The position numbers were made by a program, and so were the translations under genes. Below are positions 39,082-49,000 of a stretch of DNA of 64,000 bases, in pieces. The notes below the pieces were generated by a model that worked only from the letters and a program-made list of their open reading frames with translations, did no database searches and was not told the DNA's origin. Source of the DNA: a virus; IMG/VR virus record IMGVR_UViG_3300021375_000025, positions 5,508 through 69,507 of that record. The stretch is one strand, 5' to 3'. Numbering within the stretch: position 1 is the first letter of the stretch; the number at the start of each line of letters is the position of its first letter.

Positions 39082-39423
39082 ATGGCAGGAAATCAGTTAC
39101 CACTTAATAATTTTAGAACTATAACAGCAGTGCTGGAAACAGACGACATAACAATTTACACTGTTCCAACAGGCATTACTGCTATTGTTCTCGGTGCGCA
39201 GTGTGCAAATGTAACAGATTCAACTGCTGCTGTAACTTTTAAATTTACCAAAAACGCAGTTGACACAGAACTACTAAAAGGATTTGAAATTCCTACAGAA
39301 GATGCTGCAAACTTAGTTAGTGGTAAATTAGTACTAGAAGAAGGTTCTGTATTAAAAGGTAGTACAGATGTTAACTTAGGACTGAAGATAACATTAAGTA
39401 TTTTGGAAACAAGCAATGAGTGA
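39082..39423 (+). CDS. Small structural protein (113 aa)
   Basis: IYTVP.G..AIVL..Q.AN...GKLVLE.G..L pattern; AAGGA RBS. Confidence 0.7.
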   Translation: MAGNQLPLNNFRTITAVLETDDITIYTVPTGITAIVLGAQCANVTDSTAAVTFKFTKNAVDTELLKGFEIPTEDAANLVSGKLVLEEGSVLKGSTDVNLGLKITLSILETSNE

Positions 39424-42400
39424 TAATAGACTGTTTAGTGGAAGAGTCAAAAAGACTCCGCCGGGCGATTTAAGAGATGATAGATATAGTTTCTTAGGTC
39501 TAGGCGATGCAGAACCCGACTTTGGTTTGCCTGATCAGGCTAGTCAAGCAATTATCAGTGCCGCTGACGGCACACGCAGTTGGCAAACTGTAGATCTACA
39601 ATTTGTAGTCGATCAAGGCTCTACTTCGACTACTGCACTAAACGTCAATGTTAATGGTATTTTAACAGGAAGTGTTGTTGGCAATGTAGCTGGACAAGTA
39701 AGTGATATATCAAATCATACTACTGATACCCTAACCGAAGGTTCTACTAATCTTTATTTTACAACGGCTAGAGCAAGATCGAGCTTTACAGCAGGCCCAG
39801 GTGTGTCTATCAACGCCGGTGTTATTGAAGTAGGACAACAGGTTGGTCCTACTGACAATGTTAGCTTCAATGACGTGACTGTTAATGGGTTATTGTCGTC
39901 AGATGACATAACTTCGTCAAACATTGAAGCAACAGGTAACTTAACAGTAACAGGCAACCTAACAGTTTTAGGAAATACAACTACACAAGAAGCAGATAAT
40001 CTTGCAATTACAGATCTAATTATTACTGTTGCAAGTGGTGCTGTGGACAACGAAAGTGCAAACGGCTCCGGATTGTTTGTTGATGGTGCAGACGCTTCGA
40101 TCTTGTATAGATCCGTTTCAGATAGATTTGTCTTCAATAAAGGTCTAAGTTCTATTGCAGGATTTGCGGGGCCTGTTACGGGCAATATAACAGGTAATGT
40201 AACAGGTAATGTAACTGGAGACGTAACCGGACATATAAAAGTAGGAACTGCTACAATATTAGATAACGGTTCTGATGGTACAGATGCGCAATACTTTGGT
40301 AGTGTAGTAGGACAAGATAGTACAGTTATTGTAAGTAATGACGGAACCCTTAATGGAGCACTAACAGGAGATGTAACAGGTAACGTAACAGGTAACGTAA
40401 CTGGTGATGTAACAGGTAATGTAACTGGCAATGTAACCGGAACTGTAAGTGACATATCAAATCATACTACTGACACATTAACTGAAGGTTCAACTAACTT
40501 ATACTTTACAACAGCTAGAATTAACACACATCTTTCAGCTGGTACAGGTGTAACATACGACAATGGTGCAATATCAATCGGTCAAAGTGTCGAAACTACG
40601 GATAATGTTGTATTCAACAAAGTAACTAGTAATGTTATAGGTAATGTCTATGCAAGTGACGGAACTAATTTAGTTTTAAATAACGGAACTAATGGAACTG
40701 ACGCAGTGTTTACTGGTAATGTAACTGGTAACGTAACTGGCGGTGTAACTGGTAATGTAACTGGCGACTTAACAGGTAACGTAACTGGTAATGTAACTGG
40801 CGGTGTAACTGGCAACTTAACAGGTAACGTAACTGGTGATGTAAATGGCGGTGTAACTGGTAATGTAACTGGCGACTTAACAGGTAACGTAACTGGTGAT
40901 GTAACTGGTGATGTAACTGGCAACTTAACAGGTAACGTAACTGGTGATGTAACTGGCAACTTAACTGGCAATGTCACAGGCGAGTTAACCGGAAATGTAA
41001 CAGCTACAACAGGCACAAGTACATTTAATAATCTTTCAGTTAACGGAGTTCTAATCGGATCTGTATCAGGTGCAACATCAGGTAACTTGATCGGTAGTGT
41101 GTTAGCAACAGATGGTACAGAGGTGTTAGATAACGGCACTGACGGTACTAATGCAGTCTTTACAGGTGCTGTTACTGGCACAGTAAGTGATATATCAAAT
41201 CATACTACTGATACCCTAACCGAAGGTTCATCTAATTTATATTTTACCGATGCTAGAGTAGCAAGTGCATTACTAAGTTCGAGTATAAATCAATTAAGTG
41301 ACGTTGATACAACAAATATTGCAGACGGTGATGTATTAATTTATAGTTTAATTGCAGGTAAATTTGTTCGAGGTACTGCATTTACAGATGCCGACTTTGA
41401 TACTGCACTAGGAGATAAGACTACAGATGATCTAACTGAAGGCGCAACAAATTTATACTTTACTGATACAAGAAGTAGAGAAAGTGTAAGTGTTACAGAT
41501 GAAGGTGGATTTGGTAGCTTAACATACAGTAACTTAACAGGCGTACTTACATATACTGGACCTTCAACATCTGACATTCTTTCAGTAATATCAAGTGGCA
41601 CCGGTGTTAGTCTTACACCAGAAGGCGTAATTAGTATTGGTCAAGCAGTAGGTATTACAGATAATGTTACATTTAATGACGTTACTGTTGCTGGCGACTT
41701 AACAGTAACAGGCACAACAACATATATCAACACTACTACATTAGATATCGGCGATAATGTAATAACACTTAACGCAGACCTTCCTGAAGATTCTAATGCA
41801 ACTGAAAATGCAGGAATTAAAATAGAAAGAGGTCTAGACACAGACAAGTTCTTCTTATGGAACGAAACAGACGATAAATGGTCCTTTGGAGCAGACACAG
41901 TTGTTGCAGGAGCGTTTGAAGGAGATCTTGTAGGCAATGTAGTAGGCGATATTAAAGCAACGGATGGAACTGTTGTGCTAGATAATGGCACAGACGGTAC
42001 TGATGCAATCTTTACAGGTGATGTAACCGGTGATGTCACAGGAGACCTAACAGGTAATGTGACAGGCAATGTAACAGGCGATGTAACTGGTGATGTGACA
42101 GGTGATGTCACAGGAGACCTAACAGGTAATGTGACAGGCAATGTAACAGGCGATGTAACTGGCACTGTAAGTGATATTTCAAATCATGACACAGATACGT
42201 TAACTGAAGGTACAACTAATCTTTACTATACAGAACAGCGTGTGTCTGATTTTATAGATACACTTGATTTAGATACTGCTATAAGTTATACTCTAACTAC
42301 AAACGGATCTAGTGATTATACATTCAGCGGACCGGGATTTCCTACATCAACTAATGATCCAGAACTAACACTAGTACGTGGATTTACATATATATTTGAT

Positions 42401-43003
42401 AATACTGCAAACTATATAGCACACCCGTTTAAGATTAGAGAAAGCAATGGCGGCGCTGATTACACAGCCGGTGTTACTGATGACGGAGCAGGAACTACTA
42501 CTTTTGTAGTACCTATGGATGCTCCTGCATCATTATATTATCAATGTAGTGTTCACAGTGCTATGGGCAACACAATAAGTGTACTAAGCCAAGGTGTTGG
42601 GTCAGTTGGAGACCTAGGCGATGTAGATCTAGACGCACCGGCAAATGGGCAGGCATTGGTTTACAATAGTGCAACCTCGTCTTGGGTTAACGCACTTCCA
42701 GGCAGTCCTCCATATGTAGAAGTTACTAGCAACACGACACTAGAAAGTGGCGGCCAATATATTGTAAATACCAGTTCAAGTGCTATTACACTTACACTAC
42801 CAGCTGTTGGCAGTGCATCACTAGGCGAAAGTATAACAATAATCGACGGTACAGGAAATGCGGTAAATAACAATATAACAATAGCTAGGAACAGTAATAA
42901 GATTCAAGGACTATCAGAAAATCTTGTTGTTGACAGTAACCGAGCTGCGTTTACTTTGATTTACTATAATGTTGCCCAAGGGTGGCTGTTTAAGGATAAC
43001 TAA
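39416..43003 (+). CDS. Repeat-rich tail-fibre-like protein with GxVT repeats, TEGxxNLYF repeats and a cupredoxin-like domain
   Basis: Dozens of G(N/D/G)(V/L)T units; five T(D)xLTEGxxNLY(F/Y)T modules; HPFKI...YYQCSVHSAM; C-terminal Y.V.TSS..IT.TLP...G..I.I.D..G....NNITI.RN..KIQG domain. Confidence 0.8.
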   Translation: MSDNRLFSGRVKKTPPGDLRDDRYSFLGLGDAEPDFGLPDQASQAIISAADGTRSWQTVDLQFVVDQGSTSTTALNVNVNGILTGSVVGNVAGQVSDISNHTTDTLTEGSTNLYFTTARARSSFTAGPGVSINAGVIEVGQQVGPTDNVSFNDVTVNGLLSSDDITSSNIEATGNLTVTGNLTVLGNTTTQEADNLAITDLIITVASGAVDNESANGSGLFVDGADASILYRSVSDRFVFNKGLSSIAGFAGPVTGNITGNVTGNVTGDVTGHIKVGTATILDNGSDGTDAQYFGSVVGQDSTVIVSNDGTLNGALTGDVTGNVTGNVTGDVTGNVTGNVTGTVSDISNHTTDTLTEGSTNLYFTTARINTHLSAGTGVTYDNGAISIGQSVETTDNVVFNKVTSNVIGNVYASDGTNLVLNNGTNGTDAVFTGNVTGNVTGGVTGNVTGDLTGNVTGNVTGGVTGNLTGNVTGDVNGGVTGNVTGDLTGNVTGDVTGDVTGNLTGNVTGDVTGNLTGNVTGELTGNVTATTGTSTFNNLSVNGVLIGSVSGATSGNLIGSVLATDGTEVLDNGTDGTNAVFTGAVTGTVSDISNHTTDTLTEGSSNLYFTDARVASALLSSSINQLSDVDTTNIADGDVLIYSLIAGKFVRGTAFTDADFDTALGDKTTDDLTEGATNLYFTDTRSRESVSVTDEGGFGSLTYSNLTGVLTYTGPSTSDILSVISSGTGVSLTPEGVISIGQAVGITDNVTFNDVTVAGDLTVTGTTTYINTTTLDIGDNVITLNADLPEDSNATENAGIKIERGLDTDKFFLWNETDDKWSFGADTVVAGAFEGDLVGNVVGDIKATDGTVVLDNGTDGTDAIFTGDVTGDVTGDLTGNVTGNVTGDVTGDVTGDVTGDLTGNVTGNVTGDVTGTVSDISNHDTDTLTEGTTNLYYTEQRVSDFIDTLDLDTAISYTLTTNGSSDYTFSGPGFPTSTNDPELTLVRGFTYIFDNTANYIAHPFKIRESNGGADYTAGVTDDGAGTTTFVVPMDAPASLYYQCSVHSAMGNTISVLSQGVGSVGDLGDVDLDAPANGQALVYNSATSSWVNALPGSPPYVEVTSNTTLESGGQYIVNTSSSAITLTLPAVGSASLGESITIIDGTGNAVNNNITIARNSNKIQGLSENLVVDSNRAAFTLIYYNVAQGWLFKDN
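40710..41000 (+). repeat. 12-nt degenerate tandem repeat (GGTAATGTAACT-like) encoding G-x-V/L-T
   Basis: About 24 consecutive in-frame units; smaller arrays at about 40360-40445 and 42015-42165 (the latter includes a perfect 62-nt duplication, 42029-42090 / 42101-42162). Confidence 0.9.
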
Positions 43004-46000
43004 TGAGCCAATATTCACAATTAAGACGTGCAGGATTGCCGTCGATATTTGTCTACGATGTTCCGGATAATTTACCACTGGTAAATGTTACAGCAGGTAC
43101 TATAGCATTTATAGAAAGTATATCAGGTTTATTCATTTACAGCAATGGTTGGAGACCATTAGATACTAGTTCCGACGGTCCAGTAATAAGCGTAGCACCG
43201 TTAAGTATTAGTGTAGAATCAGGAACAGAGTATACAACAACTATCGAAGCTAGTGACCCGGACGGTCTACCTGTTGTGTATAGTATAACAACTACAGGTA
43301 ATGTTGCAGAAAATACCGAAGTCAGTATTGATGAGGACACTGGTGTACTTACACTACTAAGTAATAATCCATATACAGATAACTTTAGTATTATTCTTAC
43401 AGTAAGCGACGGAGTTTTTGCAACCACAAGAACAATACCTGTAACAATTGAAAATAGATTACCAGTATTTACAGTTGAACCAGCAGAAGCAATAACTGGT
43501 AATGTTGGTACAGAATTTAGTTACCAATATACTGTTACAGATCCGGACGATAGTACATCATTAACTTATACAATTGACGAAATATTATCTCCAGCCTTTC
43601 CTAATTTTCAACCTCTTCAAACAATATATTCTAATAATGCATTTGATAACCGGGGCTATAGTTTTTATAGCAGTACCGGTGGCAACTATCTTGCATTGTT
43701 GCCATCGACTGAGGCACTGGGGTCAGGTAGAATACGAGACGGAATTTATATATATAAATATGACCAAACTGATAACAAATTTAAACTATTCCAAAAAAAT
43801 ATAACTGTTCAAAATCCAGTTGACTCAAATAACAATTCGGAACTTTCACCGTCTGCAATTAATAACGAATTCTTCTTTGTTACAGAGTACTCGACGCTTA
43901 CTAGCACACGCACTGGAAAGATAATGAAATACGACGAGATAACTGATCAATTTATAGATTGGGCTGGCGGAACATTAGGATCAGAAGTAAATGCAGGCAA
44001 CAGCTTTAGAGGAAGCAGTGCTACATTTTGCAAAACTAGCAATAACGAAACCGCACTAATAATGGGAATGAATGGCGGCAGCGGTAATGACATTATAGTA
44101 TGGGTATACGATTCCCAAAGCGATACATGGATATTAAAAGTTACTGAAATATATTCAAATGATAATAAATTTTTAACTGCTACGGGCGGAAATGTCATAG
44201 ATAGAGATGTAGTTGTCTTTGCCGCAAATCAATTAAATGTAAATCCTTGGAGAGAATACGAAATTGCAACACACGACGATCGAGAAGGCGGAACTACAGC
44301 AGTATTTGAGTTAAATTTAATCGGTGAAGATCAAGGTTCGGTTACTGCTAACTCATATGCTCTAGTACCTCGGGTTGTTGCAGCAGGATCAAATGCCGCG
44401 CACGGCCTAGCAAAAAGTATAGAACCTAATGATAATAGTGGCTGGAACCCTGTCGGGACTTTTTTCACAGATGAAAATACTTTATGGTGTGCGCATTACG
44501 ACGGAACTTTATTTAAAGTTACAAGAGGAAATACACTCGATAGTGCAAATGGATCAGCTTGGTTAAGTGGCGATAACTATCCATCGCCAGCTACTCCATC
44601 GGTAAGTCTAGCAGGTTACACCGGCGGGAGTGCAGTTATTAAAAAATATGCTCCTACATCAGCAGCATACACTCCGTCATTATCAGCTATGGTTAATGCA
44701 ATAAAGTACTTAGACAGACTTGTAGTTAACGGCAATATTGGTAGTTTAGGATCTTATAAATTTATAATAGACGATGAAGCAAGTACTGTACAATATGTAG
44801 ATGAGTTTGATACGACAAGTTACCCAATGTCAGTATTTGGAAGGCCGGGCCCGAGTGGAAATCAGCAAGCAGTATGTCTATTTAATAGAGACAACGGGTT
44901 ACTAATTTATGTTGATAATAAATCTATACCTGGAGGCTTTGTCAAAACATATACGGTGGGCTTAGATAGTAGTGTAGATGCTAACGGGGTAGTTAGTGGA
45001 AAAGTAAAATCTATAGGCACTTACAATATTACTACTTCGGTGTCTGATAGTATTGATACTATCTTAGATGTTGTTAGTTTGCAGGTTCCTGCAGGCGTTA
45101 ATTTTACACAAAATCCATCTAGTACATTAACAATTAGTAGTGCTAATACAGCAACATTTGACACTGATGTAATTGGCAATAATTACGGAGCACAAACTCC
45201 AAGAATAAAGTTTTCCTCAGATATTCCTCATACACTTAAAGGTTCTATTTCAGGTGCTACTAGTATGGCAGTTAAAGGTAATGATTTAATTGCACTAGTA
45301 GGAGACGAAGTAAGAGTTTATAATATTAGCGAGTTAGGCGAATTAAGTAGTTCTTATAGTGTAATAAACACTGATGATATTACTAATTCATATTCAAAAA
45401 TTACTAATATCTATGCTACTGAAGACTACTTGATATTAGGGAGAGAAAATAACACAGGTGATGCCGATCTAACAATAGGTCGAGTTACACTAACTGATGA
45501 TGTAGTTGAACGAGATTACGATATATATCGCTCCTCAAGTAGGAGTTATGAAAACTATGTAGATACTAACTGGTACTACTTTACTGATTTACATCAAAAC
45601 GATTTAGACGCAACACAGTTTATTGAATTTAGTTATAGCGTCTCTATTACTAATGGTAACAGGCAATACGACGGCCTTTTACTATCTATAAAAAAATATG
45701 ATCCCATTAGTAATGCTGTTTCGACGGTAGCTACTAGAGCTGTTGCTCCGTCAATAGATACAGACGAATATAATAGACCTAAGTTTTTTAGATCACACCA
45801 TCGTGACTACCAAGGTGCTGCCGGAACTGGAATAATTTGGCTCATGTGGCACGGAACTTACCCAGAAGGTGCTGAAGTAATAAAATTGACCTATACTAAC
45901 AATTCAATCTCATTTGTTAGTTCTTCTAGAACTACTAGCGGGATAGGGATAGGAAATCATGGCCCGAGCTATGACCAAGGCCATCACCCTGCAGCATCAT

Positions 46001-49000
46001 CGTCTGACGGTACTTGGTTTGCAACTGGATACGATTATAGACAGCTTTACGTATCTAATGGAACTATTGCCAAAAGATTTAGCGAAGCTGTGGGGCAAGA
46101 TGTTAATTTTAAGCAAGTTGGATTTGTAAAAATATCCGGTGTGTATCATCTAGTAACAACAACGAAGATTAACAGTACTAATTATAGTGTTGAACTATGG
46201 GATTTTGATCCTGCTGATCTTTCACCTAACGGTACTATTACACTATTAGATTCATTTAGTACAACAAATATTAACGATTCTTATAAGATATTAGGTCCAA
46301 TAGCTTCGGACGATGATAATAATATTATTGTTGGTCTTACTCGATTTAGTGTTAATGCGCTATCTAAAACATTAACTATGGAATCAAATAATATAGGCGC
46401 CGCAAGTACTGGACTATACGAGTATACTAGCCTTTACACCGGTAGTAATATGCAAAGACTAGAATATGATTCAACTCTTTCGCTATGGTTAGTATATCCT
46501 GGACTTACTTTGCCAGCAGGCGATGATATTCATCAAAGTCGAAATAGTACAATTAGTGCATTTAGTTTAAATCCTATTACTAAGGTAATTACTTTGGTTG
46601 AAAGCGCTTATCCTCATACCCTAAGTAATCAAGATTCTTACACAGGAGTTAACAGTAAAGGTCAATTTTTTACAAGCGAACAAAGTTCAAAAAGAAGTAC
46701 GTCCACTCTTGAAGCATCATATCGACAGTGGTACTACTACGGCCATTGGTATCACAGAGGATCTATTTTTGGAGCTGGTGCCTTAGAATTTTATGATAAT
46801 GATTATAATCATCATAGTAGCTTACAATTTCCTTCATCAGTATCAAATCCAGGATTTGGTAATCTCGCTGGAGGAATATTACAAAACACTGGTGCTACAT
46901 CTGATGATACTTATTTGGTTATCGGGCAACCTTGGATTACCCCACAAGGTGGAATGTCATCTTATATTTTTAATATCGATACATCAGAATGGAGTTTACA
47001 CTCTTCTCTAACTAGCCACAATCAGTGGAGCGAGGCCGAGGTTACCAACAATAATTTTGGACATAGTTTGGCAAAATTCGGCAACATCATCCTAGAAGCA
47101 GGACCGAGACTAATTGATGCAGCAGGCTGGGCAATTGATTGGAATGATCATGTTACAGTATTAGGTAACAGAGATGGAGAACTTAGAAGAGATTATATTT
47201 TTGCTGAGAGACAAACAAATGGTATGTTGGACGAAATCATTGATCAATCAAGACGAGGATTTGCACAACGAGTGTTTGCAAAAAGTTACATGGCATGGGC
47301 TTCACCTGAGAATGTAACTGTCTTTAATTCAGCATCAAATAACCCTACAAAATCTATACAAGAGACTATTAAACAGTCGCCGCAAACATTTACTACAACT
47401 GACTATCATCTACTTTCGCCTCCGGTAGCATTTACTGGCAGTCTTAGATCTTCTGATGATGCACGTCACGGATTATTTTTAACCGATCCTGAAACTGATA
47501 GAGCATTACTATTTGAACCACCTGGGGATTTTACTATAGAGTTTCATTATAGATGTAGCGATACTATTGGTAGTGTATCAAGTATTATTACAGCTGAGGC
47601 TTTTACTAATGATTTTAACATTGCTGGAAAAGGTTTTGGTATTAGGATATTAGGAGGACGGCTTGAATTTCATGAAAATTATTACCAACCATCAACTTTT
47701 CGAGGTGTTAAATGGCTCGATGTAGCACCTAATGACGGCGTATGGCGACATTATGCAATTGTTTATAATAGTGTGGAAGAAACACATACCTTATGGGTAA
47801 ATGGTATAAAAATAAGTCAACAGGCATCAACAGTTGTCAGCAATCCTAAGATTTGGAAATCTGTAACACCTACATCTTCATCACCGACTTATAATTGGAC
47901 ATTGTTAGGCACTACTGAGAGACAAGCCGGTGATCAAGTGTTTGATATTGCTAATTTCATTATAACATACGATGCACAGTATGATACTAACGATAATCAG
48001 ATTGACATAAGTGTATATAGTAAACTATTACCAGATAAAGATCTTACTAATGCTTGGCTAGCTATTGGCATAAATGGCTTAATAGAGTATAGTAGGAATC
48101 ATAATGTGGAGAATGTCGGCATAGGCCTCAGCGGCACACCTAGTACATATACTCCATCGAATATTACTACATCAGGCTGGGGCAGACATATATCAGGAAA
48201 TGATAATATGTTAGCAACTGCATCTACAGGTAGTTTATTTATATTCGCTCGAGATGTGCATAATAAGTTTAATATCGAACAGCCCATAAATATTTCAGGC
48301 ATTGAAGATATTAGTGTCCTTGATAACGAAGCAGACAGTGTTATATTACTAACTAATACAGGCGTAAAAGTGTACAGCAGAGACATATCAAATTATTTTA
48401 AAAATTCTACTAGTTTATCAAGTGGCGCAGTTGTATTATATCCTAACTTATTAGCATCAGGAAATTATACATTAAAAAGTATAGCCACTGACGGAGTCGA
48501 TGTTAGGATAAAAGATACAGCAATTACACAAAACGCTGTATTTGATTATTCTAGCGTTACAGACACTACGATTGCATTAGAATGGGGAAACACTGACGTA
48601 CAGACACTTCCGGTTAGCGATACATTTGATACTACATGGCATTATGCGTTTACTGACAGTACAGAGTCACTAAGTCAGATCGAGTTGAGCGAAAGTAGTG
48701 ATGGTTATGAACTAACGGTGGCTCCGGATACAATTACACATGATAAGTTTGTAATAGATTTAGATGTCGAAGTAGGCGACGAAAGAGAGACGGCGGCAAC
48801 CCTTACATATAACACTTATAGCAGCTGGAAGCTAGGACCGTTCGACGGCGGCGATTTACGAGGCAGTGCTGTTGTAAATCGTAAAACCCCTAATTTAAAC
48901 GGAAACGAACAAGCAGATCAAAGTTACTACTACGGATATGCACTAGATATGTCAGACCAAGATGTGCCTGGATCGACATCTGGTTCATATGTTGTAGTTG

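Noticed and set aside
40710-41000. Tandem repeats as a CRISPR array
   Set aside because: 12-nt in-frame coding units with synonymous variation and no unique spacers; no cas genes.
39754-42165. Long minus-strand ORFs rich in VTLPVTSP (39754..40455, 40648..41181, 41641..42165) and similar antisense ORFs across the window
   Set aside because: Shadows of + strand Gly/Thr/Val-rich codons; no RBS or promoter, and they lie wholly inside well-supported genes.
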